This document shows, one piece after another, positions 1 to 13,504 of a stretch of DNA of 64,000 nucleotides. Numbering within the stretch: the stretch's first letter is position 1; every line of letters begins with the position of its first letter. The stretch comes from Trichosphaerium sp. ATCC 40318 (taxonomy: Eukaryota; Protista; Tubulinea). The position numbers and the translations under genes were made by a program. Under the pieces are notes generated by a model. The model saw only the letters and a program-made list of their open reading frames with translations, made no database searches and was not told the origin of the DNA. The stretch covers positions 368,513-432,512 of the forward strand of contig JALMLS010000204.1 in NCBI GenBank assembly GCA_038496445.1, written 5' to 3'.

Positions 1-40
1 TGACAGGTTTTTTTTGGTTTTTTTGATTGTTTTTTGGCAG

Positions 41-863
41 ATTTGCAAGGCAGAAACTCGGAGAAGCATTTCATCGCGTATTGTTATAGAGGTAAAGACA
101 AAAACAAGTCATAATTTTTTTTTTTCGATTTCAGCATGAAATTACTACTTGGTTTTCTGAACAATTTTTTGACATTAGGTGAACTCCAAGCCATCAAAAA
201 TAATGCTATTATTGATAAATCAAATAAAGCCTATTATGATATTAATACACTTTATTGTTATAAAGGGTGGTCCTATGGTAATAACAAAACTAAGAATTTC
301 TTATTTTTTTCTGCAAGTTAGTTAACTACAATTATAGAATGTGATTATGAATACTTTTGGGGTGGTATAGGTACTTGACGAAGGTTGTATATCATCTCAT
401 TTCTCTTTAGAATATTCTAGGGGGTGTCACATTTACCTTCCATCTGATTTTGACCAAGCACATCCGACTACAGACCACTATAGAGATATTGTACGTTTTT
501 TTTTTACTCACCACAAAGTTCTTCCAGTTTCTTGTTTTTAACTGTTACAATTTCAGGAATTAGATCCTCCTATAGAGTATGGGGGAACACCTATCATGTG
601 GGCATGTATTCAGGGTCATTTGAAGGCTGTTAAATTGCTTATTCGACTTTTTCCTGAAGGTTAACTACAACTCTTTGTATTGTTTATTAACTAGTTTTAT
701 AGTGGATCTATCAGTTGGTATTACTCATTTAAACAATGCAACAGCATTGGATATTGCATTAAAGAATAAACACTTCACATTAGCGAAATATCTATCAAAA
801 ATGCAAAAAAAGCAGATAAAAAAGAGAAAAAAAGAGGAAAAGAAACAAGTTACAGGAAAATAA
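41..863 (+). CDS. 3' part of a multi-exon ankyrin-repeat protein (5' end lies outside the window)
   Basis: Spliced exons give GGTPIMWACIQGHLKAVKLLIRLFPEVDLS...NNATALDIALKNKHFTLAKYL (two ankyrin repeats) and a Lys-rich tail. GT-AG introns. Confidence 0.7.
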
Positions 864-1178
864 GAGCAAGTAAAAATAAAGTATTTATTTATGTTATCCA
901 TGAGCCTCTATTGATAATCTTGATTATGTGTAGTCTCCTCGTCCTATCTGTACTTTCGTTACCGAGCATGTAATTCTTTGTTGAACAATAAGACTTAGTT
1001 CCTCACAACCGAGTAGGCCTTAAACTGAACTTTATTGATGGGAATGTTACATTCTTTTCACCTCTAATGTTAATATCTTTCTACAAACAATTATATGTCA
1101 AAAATGCAAATATGCGTAGTGAGATATAGCCTTTACATCTGCTTGATGATTTGCTACGAGTTTATTTGGTGAATCAGT

Positions 1179-2468
1179 CTACGATAAATACTTTGACCAC
1201 GGAAAGGATTTATCGTTGTTGTCCATGTGCGCCCAATAATGTCCACTCAATTGGCCATTGTCATCATAATAACTTTTGTACCTCAGAGTACCGTCAGAGT
1301 TCCAAAACTCATCTGACTTTTCACCGGTAAGTTGTCTTGTAAACATGAGTTGACCATCGCTATACCACTTCTTTTGAAACTCCTTAGTGTAATGCTTTGA
1401 CATTTGTCCATTTTCATACCATTCCTTATTTTGTTGGCCTTTTTTGTAACTTTTCATTTGACCATTTTCGTAATAGTACACAAACTCAACAACATCACCA
1501 AGAAGACTGTAAGTCTTTCTCGCCTTTATTTGGTCACTCTCGTCATACCACCATATCCATTCACCTGCCCTCATGTTGTTTTTCATTTTACCTTCCGCAA
1601 AAACACAGCCACTTGCATACCACCCAGTGCATGGACCATTCTTGTACCCGTCTTTGTAGAGTTGTCGAATCTTTCTGCCTTTTGCAGTGTACTCCCTTAT
1701 GCCATCAAGTTTATCATGTTTATATGTTGTTAGCCACCTAAGATTGTTTCGGTAGTGCTCAGTGTGTGCCCCATGAAGCCTTCCTTGGTTGTCAAAAGCT
1801 TTTCTTTGGATGTAAAACTCTGTGGAGGAGTAAGCTCGTCTCCATGCCTTCCAATACCCAACTTGTTTTAATTCTATTGAATAATGTGTCATAAATGCAG
1901 CTTTTCGTGAGAGAACATGCCTTAAACATAGATATTAGAACCCGGAACAAAATGCAACCAATTACCATTTAGAGAAGGTTGTACGTTCCATTTCGCAGAT
2001 GTACTGTTGTATTTCAGGTGGTAATGACAACAGCAAGGAAGTATCGTCATCTAGAATGGTAGCGTGTTCAGCTATAACTCTTAGTGCAGGCACTGTTCTT
2101 CTGTTTGCCTTTAAAATGCGACGGGATACTTCAACAACTGGTTTTGGTTTTGGTTTTGCACTTGTTGCTACATCAGGAGGTGCTGCTTGAGGTTTGGGTT
2201 TAAAAGCGAGTTGCTCCTCTTTTATCTGTTTTTTGGGTATGAAAGTAAATGAAGGTACAGCATCAGCATGAGCCGAAAATAGAAAAAGAGGTGGTTGATC
2301 TGCTTCAGCTTTTGTATTTGACAAAGGAGTAGTCGGGTTGAAAACAAACGGAGTACCTTGAGCGGAATAAATACGAAGGCAAAACAACAAGAAGAATAAG
2401 TAGAAAAATAATCGCCAAAGAATACCTTTGATACTACTACTGTCACTGGGCTTTGTAGGTTTTTGCAT
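1179..2468 (-). CDS. F-box-like + MORN2/YwqK-type repeat protein, 3 exons
   Basis: ORFs 1962-2582 and 1179-1892 join via intron 1921-1965. Gives LLSLPPEIQQYICEMERTTFSKWHVLSRK, followed by WYENGQ-type repeats. Confidence 0.75.
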
Positions 2469-2831
2469 GGGAAGACACGGTGCTTTGCCGGCAAGTAGTT
2501 TATGGTTTATTAGAATAGAAGAAATGACACGTGACATACAACAAAATTCACGTGAATTCGACGAAAGTTCTGTGTAGCACAAAATAAGTGGTCTCTTTTA
2601 AGAAGAATTGAAGATTAATTTTCGAAGAACTACACTGCAATAATGTAATTGCAATAGAAATAGGCGAAAAACTATGAGTTGTATCACGTGGCGAAGAAAA
2701 TCCAGATTCTGGATTTTTGTTCATCTTTGTCCTAAATGAGGCTTATTTTTTAATCTACTGTCACTAGTCCTGTTTCACAAGAAACAATTACTATTAAGAG
2801 TGCACTTGTTCTTATTTTAGCTGTTATGCAT

Positions 2832-3418
2832 TTATTGTTCTATTTGCCTCTCTTGTGTAGTAAGTTTAACTAACAACGCGTAAAAAGTTAGTTTTAGCAC
2901 GTGAACCCAATTTATTTGATTATTCACTGTTTTTTTGTTGACATTGCTTTGGACGCTTTGGTGCTTATTTTTTAGCTATCCCAATCCTAATTTATGACTC
3001 TACATACGCTACTTGCCAGTTTTTAATACCACGGACAATTTCGGCAAAGGAAAGCTTCATCTACAACGTAAAAGCGTCAAATCACGTGTTTTGGAACAAA
3101 AAGGTAATAAACATTCAAAAAAAAAGACTATTTCTAGGCGCACATCTCCGGTGGAATCAAAACGCTCAAAAGCCTTCTCAGACGCGAATTTAGCTATCTC
3201 TGAGGGTAATCCAAAGAGGGATACAAGTGCCTGTGACAAATTAATGAATGTTTTGAAAGAAATTTCGTTTAAAGGAAGCTAATGTTAGTACATACTTTTT
3301 GGCTATCTGTTGGCGAGAGTAGTCCTCCCTGAATATTATTTGCTGTTGTAAACACTTTAAATTTATCCTCTAGCTCTTTCTCCGTTATACTACCAAAAGC
3401 ACGTGTTAGCTCCTCCAT
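2832..3418 (-). CDS. Small EF-hand protein (3' exon uncertain)
   Basis: MEELTRAFGSITEKELEDKFKVF...AFERFDSTGD|MKLSFAEIVRG. The loop DSTGDMKLSFAE fits the EF-hand pattern after splicing. Confidence 0.55.
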
Positions 3419-3630
3419 TATTTAACTTTCCGAACAGATAAGGGTAGTTTTGTTAGTTTGATGTCTTTTTTGTTTTTAGTACACTTTTTCTCCGTTTGTC
3501 AACGGTGTTCTATTGAGCACAAGTTATTGATTGTTTCTTCTTGCAGCACATGTAGCCATTGGGGTAATTATTTATAAATACATCACGCTTATCTCAATCA
3601 ACACAAGATAAATAATTAATGCGAGAGCAG

Positions 3631-3855
3631 TCAACGGGGTTCTCCTGGATACTTTCCATTAGTGTGGCCATTGGTTGTCTCTACAAAATTATAAAATCAG
3701 ATACAGTTGACTGTCATCTTAAACACCCTTTGCAGTGACGTACCTTGGTACAGAAGGTGGAGGACGTGTTCTAGAGTCAGAATTACGCCAAGTGTAAGGG
3801 TCAGGCCAATTAGCACTCGTTCTATTATGAGGCAAAGTAGGCGATTGAGAGGCAT
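3631..3855 (-). CDS. Candidate ~54-aa single-pass microprotein, 2 exons
   Basis: MPLNRLLCLIIERVLIGLTLTLGVILTLEHVLHLLYQE... with a clean GTACGT...TGTAG intron at 3681-3743. A second frame is also open, so the frame is uncertain. Confidence 0.3.
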
Positions 3856-4019
3856 CGTTTGGGTTTGCAGACAATCTGTTCAATGGCGCTGCACGAGGAC
3901 GAATCTCAGAACGTTGTTCTGAACTACGTGGTGAAGTACTGATGCCATTTAAGAAGTTTAAAGCAGCGCGTTTCCACGTGATAAACTTTTATTATTTTGT
4001 TGCAAGTTTTCTGTTTTCT

Positions 4020-7000
4020 TTACAAACTTATCATTAGCGTATGTTGGCCATCTTCGGTTTTTTCTTTACACTTCCCTTTACAACCAAGTTTTCTTTTATC
4101 GCCAGGTGGAAGTTTTACACTAATCGTGTTGTACGGTAGCTCATATGATCCTTCAACAGTAACATCTACTTCAACAAAATCAAGTTTTGTGTTCACTCTC
4201 AAAGAAACAATAGAGAAGATTTGCTTCTCCAAGAAATCGTTCGTTGACCCTTTGAAATATCGTTAGTCACACATGTGAGAGTATTTAAAAAGGTTATGTA
4301 AATTACCATCATCTTCATAAAGGTCAAATACACTTTCTTGCCCTGGTTCGAGAGATGGAAAGATTAGAAATGTGCGCCCATCATCTTGAAGTTTATCACA
4401 CGTGCTAGACCCAGCATGGTTTGAAAATGGTATAATTCCTCCATCAGGTACAAATAAAGGTATAGTATCGAGTTTAACAGGAACTGAACGAAGTTATTTA
4501 ATTAGAAGAAGCCACCAAGACAATAAACCAAAAACGAAGACAAAAACATACAGAAAAAATTGAGAAAAAGTTCTTGCCTGTTATCGTTGTTCCACCCTTG
4601 TAACGTTCTCCTGTAAACAATGACACCCAATCATTTGATTTTGGTAAGTAAACAGTACGTGTTTTGGCTTCTTTTTCGTATACTGATGCTACAAGAAGAT
4701 TTTTACCAAGCATAAAATCAAATGAATTTTCTCGACACTTAGGATCTTGTTGGTAACTGTACACCTATAAAGAAGGTTTTAATTCTATTGTATTTACTCA
4801 AACAGCAGCTCAAGTCACTTTAAATCAGAGATATATGTACCATTGGGCGCAGAATTGGAGAACCTTTAGAACAGCATTCATGAAATAGTGTATAAATGTA
4901 AGGAATCAGTTTATATCGAAGTTTTATCATTTCCTGGACAATAGGAAGAACTTCACTATGCATCCATGGCTCATTTGCTGTCTGATCAGTATTCCAAGAG
5001 TGAATAGAGAATCTAGGCATAAAAATACCTTGCTAGAGGACAACGTCAATGGTACTTTCGTATTTTTGTAAATTTGTTAAGCAGTACTTGAACCCAGCGA
5101 ACCCATAGTTCCGTATCTGGTTTAGGTCCAGCAAATCCTCCTACATCATGACCATAGTGAGAATAACCAGAAATGGCCATACCTAGTAACTATTAAGAAT
5201 TTTCTAGTCGGGTCAAGTAAAATAGCTAACCCAAACCCATAGGAATATTCCACTTTAGAGTGTGCCAACTGGTATGATTGTCTCCTGACCAAGTTGCAGC
5301 GTATCTGTTAATACCATTATTTTTTTATTAGAAGCGAGCAGTATCGTACCTATGAAGACCTGTACAGCCAGACCTAGAGATAACGTATGGCCTTACTATG
5401 TAAAGACTTAAAAACAGCAAATTAAAACGCAATACCATTTGGAGAGTGTTTAAGTTGAGCTTCACGTGAAGCCATTGTCATCAAGAGTGCATGTAAAGGG
5501 CGCAAAGTCCCAATAAGTGCCTAATGCTATGTTAATACGGTCTTTTAATTCTCCATAATGTTGCGTACAGGTGTACCGAAACCATCGCAAGCTGCAAAAT
5601 CTGGTACAGTTTCATACCTTCAACAAAAGTTAATGGTTCAGATTTTGTTTTAATGTTTGAATACGTACTCATTGTTATCATTCCATGATACGTCTATGCC
5701 ATGATCAAGCAGTTGTATAGTGAGTTTTTCTTTCCACCAATCACAAGTAGCTTTTTTTGTAAAGTCAAGGAACGACGCGTTCCCACCCCAGAATTCGGAT
5801 ACTTTAGCAGTCAGTTTCATAAAAGTTATGTGTTGCAGTACCTTGAACGTTGGTTTTATCTTCATCCATTATAAATAAACCAAGGTCTTTCGCTTCACTA
5901 TATAAAGGATGTGTAACCAAGAGTGCAGGTTTAATATTGGCAGCTAACTATACTTATTTGTAAGCTAGGCTTGTTTTCTTATTATTTTCTGAATTACCTT
6001 CACATTTTTATCATGAAATACACGTGACATTGAAGAAGGATCAGGAAATTTACTTTCATTCCAAGTAAATACGTAACGCTTTCCATCAGCCCCACTAAAT
6101 TAACAATGAGAGTTTGGTTATTGTATCCGCCTTGAGGAGCTTTATGTCAGTTGTGACGTGCCTTGAATACCCAGAAGATAAATGAAACATATCACAAGGA
6201 ATATCATGTTTTTTACAAAGAGAAAGAAATTGTGCAACTCTCTTTTGTGCATCCGGTTCATCAGTATACTTCATAGTAGAACCTGTTATGATTGCATAAG
6301 AAGAAGATTTTAAACAGGTAACTAGTGCATTACCAAGGTAACCAAGACTCCATCTTGGTGGCATACAACATCTGCCAACAAGCTTTGAGAATTTTGTTAC
6401 AACATCTTCTATTGTAGGGCCATAGATGAAGTAGTAGTCTACGTCACCGTTTAAAGCTTTATAGTATCGATATGGCCCTAAGTTATACATTAGTTAGGTT
6501 TGGTATTCCAAGATGTTAAAGAGCAACCTGAATAGTTTGATACTTCGCATCCCATGTTAAAAACCGATTCACTTAAATTATCGTAAAATATACCTTTTAA
6601 CATAAGGTGAGAAAGAGTACAATAAACACTATTAAATTACCGTAAGCAATATCTAAAGATGGTACGTAAGTCACATAGAATGGAATGAATTTATATAAGG
6701 GATCCGAATGCTCTACAAAACAATGTCAATCTACATCAAAGTTTTATGGATTAGAGGAAGTCTTACCCGCATTGTATGCTAGAGCATCTCTGTTGAGCAT
6801 ACGCATACTCCTACTGTATTTATTCAAAGCGCCACTCTTTTCACCAAATCCATAGTAGTACTCTATACCCTAGAGTAGGCGACTCAGCTAATGTTTCTCA
6901 AACTTGGGACTAACCCAATCACCATCAGGTGTGCCTCTGCGCATATAATGGTACACAGACCTTGTATTGACTCCTTTTACATAAGCTTTGGAACGTTCTC

Positions 7001-7553
7001 CCATGCCTGAGCAAGTGTCGGCATCAAAGAGATTATGAAATAGCCACAAATCGAGTAATACCTTGGTAGTTTCCACCAAGATCCTGAGCGAATACTTTGC
7101 CCTTTGAAACATCTTCCCAACGGACATAAAATCCCTCCTTAAAGTTGACATGTATCCTAAGCTTGCTTGTCGTTATCGACGCTGTTGAATCTTGCACGTC
7201 AGTCTTGACAACTGGACACGAAAAGGCGTCTGCGTCTTCCTTACTTCTACCTGTTGTTTCTCGTTAACAGTTGCGTTGTATAGGACGATTCACACCTTCA
7301 TAAGGCATGCACCCATTGGAATCAACTATAGACCACGTTTTTGGTTGTCGTAATGTACCGTCTGGTAAAAACGTAACTCTAACTGTATGATTACGTTAAT
7401 AATACGCCCATTATAACGAATAATACCAATATCATGCTCTAGTGTTATCACAGAAAATTTTTCGCCACCACTTGCTTTAAAACGTAATCCATTACCGGAT
7501 TTAGCGTCAACGTTATCACAAACAATATGTGATGGCACTACAACTTTTTCCAT
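4020..7553 (-). CDS. Glycoside hydrolase family 31 alpha-glucosidase (many introns)
   Basis: PLYKFIPFYV, MPPRWSLGYLG, WNDNNE nucleophile motif, TWSGDN acid/base motif, HDVGGF, MPRFSIHS, RYKLIPYIY, ILRPM. Confidence 0.92.
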
Positions 7554-7777
7554 GAGCTCTAGAAGTTTTTAGACTACTAGCAGTAAAACAAAGTCTGCTG
7601 TGGTAGAATACTCCTGCCTACAAAATACTTGAGATCTGAGTGCAACAAAACGTAAAGTAAAACGAAACAAGGTAAGCCAGTCAATATTTACAGTCTTATT
7701 GGCTCTATAAAGTACAAGGGTTCAAAAACGGCAACTAGTAAGGAAGCACAAGATAAAAAAAAGAAATCCGAATAGAT

Positions 7778-10700
7778 CTACTGCCGCGAATCCATTTTGT
7801 TCAGTACGGATTGTAAGATACCACCAGAAGTACGTGTACTTGCTATAGTACGCGTACCAGGTCGTATTCCTCGCGTTGTGTACCCTCTAGCTGAACCCGA
7901 TAAGTTCCTTACCGGTGAAATAGGAACACTCCCAGTAACAATTGGCCGCGTTGGAGCGTTTGTACAGAATTTATCCCAGTGACCTTTACGCATGCAACGA
8001 AGGCACACATATTGTTTATCAGCTTCACGTAGCATATCCCTCACTGTCAACTACAAAAAGACGTTAACACTAAAGAAACCGACAGTGTTTTATTCTGTAA
8101 CGACCACTACTTGCAAGTAGTGATGCACTTTTTTTCATCAACAGTGACTTACTTCTCCCTCTATCAACTCTTTTACCTTATTAGAGGTATCAGACTTGAG
8201 AAATTTTTTCAAGTTTGCAGCACGCGAAACATAAGCATTATTGATCTTATGCTCATCATACATAGCTTGCTCTATTTTACGAGCCTTTAACAAACATATA
8301 AGTAAACTACAATATCAAGTAAATGTCTACAAAAAAAGCCTTACCAGCAACGCTGTAGTACCATAATCAATATCATCGGTTTTCTCTCCCTTTCGTAGTA
8401 ATTTTGTCAAGTCGGCAATATTATTATTCCTTGAGCTAGTCTGCAAGATACAATGAATACAAAGGTGTACAACGAGAGACAACACTGTGTATATCTCAAA
8501 TAAATATATGAAAAGAAAAAAAACGCACCTGTGGCGATTGTGAGCCAGTAGCTACTTGATGTTGTGGATCTCGATTTTCAATTCTACTATTTCGGTTTGG
8601 GGAAGGCAGAGAAGGTGGAATATACCGCTGGGCAGTTGTAGTTCGAGGTGTTCTGACAGCTCTTATCGTATTACGAGGAGGTGTAACCGATCTTATAGTT
8701 GTACGTTGTGGTATAACTGCTCTTATCGTGGGAGGTGGTGTAATAACTCTCGCCGTAGTGATCTTTGGAGGAATATATCTTTGTGTAGTCTGCCTGTGTG
8801 TTATAACCATTGACGATGAGCCATGCATTGAAGGCAATGATGTATGCATAGGTTTTGAAGGTGATAAAGTTGTTTGTTTAGAAATATGAACTGTCCTCAT
8901 AGTGCTTGGTAAAGAAGGTGGATTCTTAGGTTTATGAGCATTACCAAAAGATTGTTGGATTGTTATTTGTCTAACAGGCTTTTGAGGAGATCCAGGATGC
9001 TGTATAGGAAGTCTAGAAACAACTGACCTAGGGCTAGAAGCCTTAGGCGAATGTGGAAGCGACATTGAAAAACTTCTTGAGGTTATATACACTAAAAGCG
9101 CTGTTACTCCTTTGAGACAAAAAAGGGATGAGAAATTCACGTACTGTTTTCAGGCGCAGACGAAGGATTCGATATACTAGCAATGAATAAGATTAAAACA
9201 TTACTCCTAAGCTATGCTAGCTAGGTAGCTATAAAAACAAGGTATTGGAGCGTACCGTTCTGCAAGTGTTTCAGAGGTTCTTCGTTTTTTTGTAGGTGAT
9301 TTTATTGGAGTAGTGGCCTTGCGCTTATTACTTCTTATCCTCTTTTGAGGCGATGTGTGCCTTACAGCCTTCTGAGGCGATGTACGCCTTATCTTCTGAG
9401 GCGATGCATTCCTTATCGTCTTCAAAGGCGATGTACGTCTCGCTACTACTGCGTCATTAAATGACGTGAACCGATTTGGTTGTTCAAGTCTAGTGGCAGG
9501 CATTTCTTCTGGAAAAAAAAAGGTTACTACTTCGTTGTTTAAAAAATCGTTAGTTCTTACCCTCGTCATCGCTGCTATCACTAATTTCAATAATACTAAC
9601 TTCAGGGTTTTGTAGCTCCAAGGAACTCATAGTTTGACTTTGATCCGGTGTATTAATGCTCAAATCAGGCTCAATTTGTACAGAACTTGCATCAGGTCCT
9701 GCCGATTCAAGCAAAGAACAAAAATAAGAGTCCACAATAACATCACACCACTGTAATGCTTTGTCGCATACTGAACACTTCCAAGCCTTATTGTGTATAT
9801 TCAATTGTAACCAAATACGTAAATCAAAGCACTAAAGACCACAATCAGACAAAGAAGCCAATGAAGCCAAAGAAGAAAAAAAGGAGAATCTAGCAACACT
9901 AATTTACCTGTAGATGTGTACACGTCCTACCCCTGCAAGGTATCTCAATACGAGATAGACTCATAGGATCAACTAGAGGAACGTCTGAGCTCATTATTTC
10001 AACACCACTAGATTCAAAAGACGCTTTTGCTATTCGATAATGTCAGGAGAAATTCAATAACATTGATGAGGATTATCAACGTACCATTTGCTTTCGACTC
10101 CTCCATTGAAATACGCTGGTTTTTAACATACTCAACTACAGAGTCTTCATCATGCTCTTTAACATACTGTAGGACTCCATAGAAACACTAAAATAAAGTC
10201 AAGCGAAAACAACTTTACAGCAATCAAGCTACCTGTGCAGTACTAGTCGAAATCTCAATACTGTTTTGACCAAACTGAATATTTCTTAGCTTCAATGGCA
10301 TATCTGGTTCCTAATTAAGAGTAAGCACGATAAAATTAGCAATAAACGTACTGTAGGCACTTTGATTTGTTCTCCATTAACAGTCATACGAATAGAACCT
10401 GCACTATAAATTAATAACTCGAGCCTTGTAATTTATCCTAACCAATAGGCCATGCGTGTCTATCTGTAGGTTTATCATAAGGAGCATCAGGATCTACAAA
10501 TGTCCTAAAATAAACACTGACATTATCTGTGAGCGGTTCCTAAAGAGAAAATGAAAAACCGAAAAAAAATGGAATAAAAAAAAAATGTGACACATTTTGG
10601 CATCGTGTCAAAAAAATTATCGGTTCCTTCCATCTCTGCCAATAAAACGGAAAGTTATGGACAGCATCCAAGCGTAAATGGTAAAGAAACAATGGTCTAC

Positions 10701-11541
10701 GAGGCTTACAAAAGCGCAGCGAGACATGGATGGATGTTGATAAGAAAACGTACTGTCACGAAAATAGAGAAATAATGACAGACTAGTAAACGCGCTTCAA
10801 AAGCCAACAATGGCGGTTGAGAACTTATAGGCACATGAAACGGATCTGTGGCATCTGCACGAGCTATCAATTCTCGAATTGGAGCTGGTATTTCAAAGGG
10901 AGAAAGAATCTCTGGACGACAAGCTTCACAGTCCAAAAGCTCAGGTAATATGTACCTAGGTAGTTGACCAGAAGACTCACTATAAACACAAAGAATGTCA
11001 GTTGATGTTTAAGCTATTTGATGGTGAAGAATTCGGAAAATTCGCCAAAATTCTTTACCTGTAACTAGCGAATCGTACACATCTGTTTTTTAGTACTTCA
11101 AACGATACTATATTGGCAGCGTGTAATTTAATGAGTGACTCGAAATTTGCAGAGATAGTCTCTAATAGCTTTGCTTTATTCAACTGATGCTCTTCATTAT
11201 CACAAAATACGCTACAGTGACGGTTTAACACAAAATCAATAAAGTTAGATTTTTTTTCGATCTATTGAGCTTAAACGTACTGTTTTAGACATTCTAGAAG
11301 CCTTGTACTATCAAAGGCGTTTCTAATAACATTCTAGTGTTATGTTAGATGTGACCATAGTATTTAACCGTATTTCTACGCTATTGATTCTTAAAGTTAC
11401 CTCAAGCTGCTCAAAGCTCAGTAATTTTTTGATGCGCGTTATCTTATCTGTAAATGCGCTATCATCGGTCATAGTGTTCCTTGTTAACGCATTGCCACCC
11501 CGTAGGCATTTATATTCTCTAGTCGTAGTTTTTCGCGCCAT
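7778..11541 (-). CDS. PIAS/Siz-type SP-RING SUMO E3 ligase with C-terminal TFIIS-central-like domain and CCHC zinc knuckle
   Basis: SP-RING: LVDPMSLSRIEIPCRGRTCTHLQCFDL...WKCSVCDK...VIVDSYF. SIM-like SIIEISDSSDDE. Exons splice in frame to LARKIEQAMYDEH...YVSRAANLKKFLK...LIEGELTVRDML and CLRCMRKGHWDKFC. Confidence 0.8.
9340..9440 (-). repeat. Degenerate ~21-24-nt coding tandem repeat (TSPLK/ASPQK/TSPQK/TSPQK)
   Basis: AGGCGATG recurs four times on the + strand. Encodes S-P-x-K CDK-type sites. Confidence 0.7.
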
Positions 11542-11987
11542 CAGTGAGGGTTTTTTACCGCTCAGCTAACCGGAACTTGTTGCAACCACAAATCAATCAA
11601 ACAGTATGTTTTCTCAACTACTAGTACACTATTCTAGTACACGTTGTATTATCAAGACACGTGGTCTATTTCATGAGAAACAAAGTCTTTCCGTTGTTTT
11701 TTGTGATCCATTTTGAGAATACAGCATAGTGTTGGCACAGTGGCCAATAGTACTTCGAAGTAGATAGTAGCTTGATAATAAAAGAGTCTAAATAGACACG
11801 TTGTAAAGGTTTTCGGCTACGTAGCACAAACAATTCAGCACGCGAAGTCCAATTGGAGGATATTAGAGATTGTTCAGTTTAATAAATGTTAGGCTACTTT
11901 TCGGTTATACTATTAACACGGGGGAATAAATATTGCACCGGGACTCCGAGCTATAGCAAAACTTCTGGTTAAGAATGTCGGGAACTT

Positions 11988-13380
11988 TTATTTTTTTGAG
12001 TCAGATCCAAGTAAGCCTGCAAACGCAGGAATAGAGTACGTAGGCATTGCCTATATTTAATAAGAATATTGCTTGCAAAATTACTTCATAATAGCAAGTA
12101 CCTTGAGGTCTGGTTTCTCCAAATCAACTAACTTAGAGACACCTATTGGTTTAAACAAAAATTTAGTGACACGCGACAAGATATCTTTCTGTTTACCGGT
12201 CTCGTGAACGAAAAGGGTAGCTAATCCATTCTTTTTACCGAATACAATATCAGTTAAAAGGTTATCACCAACCATAACAGTACGCTCAGGGTTCAAATCA
12301 GGAATTTTGCTTTTGATTATTTCAAAAAGATGCGTTGATGGTTTGCCCATCACGTCAGGCTGACGGCCAGCGGCCATTGCCAATGCTGCTACACCTGTTC
12401 CAGAACCTATTAGAGCTAGTTAGAAAGGCTGTAGGGAAAACATAGAAGCCAATAGAACCTGGATAAAATCGGTTATTTGCTCCTGGAAACACGTGATCTG
12501 TGTTGCTTGCAAGGAATAGGCAATCTGGGAGAGCACGTAAATGTATACTTGCGTATCCCAACTTGAAGTAATTCAAGTTAATATCCCATCCAATTAGTAC
12601 AGCTCCAATCTTTTTGTAAATAACTTAGAACAACTTTCATAAAAAAAAAAGTAAAGGTACATTTTCGTCAATTTCAACTTTTGTAAGCTGTGTTAGAGCA
12701 TCTACATCAGATTCTCTATCCCATTTCTCATCAGCACGAATAAAATCAATACCACTTTCAATGAGCTCGTTTTCTAAAACAACAATTTTAATTTCTTTCT
12801 TCTGGAAAAAAAAAAGAAACAAAGTGTCAAAAAACAAAATTGCAATGTGTCAAAAAAAAGTCACAGAATGAAATATGAGGGATACCAATGCCAACAGACC
12901 CAACCAAGCAAACTTTTTTATTCTTGCTTTTGAAGTCTACCATCTCTAAATAGCCAACAAGAGCGTAGGAAGATGGAAAAATGTCTTCCTGATAGTAATT
13001 CAGTAACTGTTGCGTACATACGAATTCGTATATTGTGAGTATACTCAACGCACCTTTGCTACTTCAATGCCGAGCTTTTTCATTTTTGCTTTGTACATTG
13101 CTCTTGAACTGGAGCTGTTGTTGGTTACAAAGCAAAGACGCTTACCCTATGCGTTTTATAAGTAAAAGGAGACTTTCTGCAGTGCGATTCGTACTGCAGC
13201 CTCTAATTTGTCTAGCGTATCTTTCGCGCCAGGCAATTGCTCGCCCCCACGCCATAGAATACCTTTCAAACGTTACGCGTATTTCGTAAAATAAGCTTTA
13301 GTACCATCACAATCAATTAAGAACGTATCATACGCGTCTAGAAACTCTTTTAAGTTAGCGTCTGTAACGTGCGTTGTCAT
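11988..13380 (-). CDS. PGP: HAD class IIA phosphoglycolate/4-nitrophenyl phosphatase
   Basis: FLIDCDGILWRG, FVTNNSS, LASNTD, MGKPS, MVGDNLLTDIVFG motifs. Confidence 0.9.
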
Positions 13381-13504
13381 TGAGGCGATTTACTTTTTTT
13401 GACAGTTAAGCCATTCCCACTTGCGTACATTGTTTTATATTCTGTCTATTTACACCCGCTCTTGTATTTTAAACCAATATTTGTACTTATAAACTTATTA
13501 CAAC

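Noticed and set aside
1397-1741. Antisense hydrophobic ORFs over the MORN2 genes (also 55898-56923 and 61839-62558)
   Set aside because: Shadow frames of repetitive sense-strand coding sequence.
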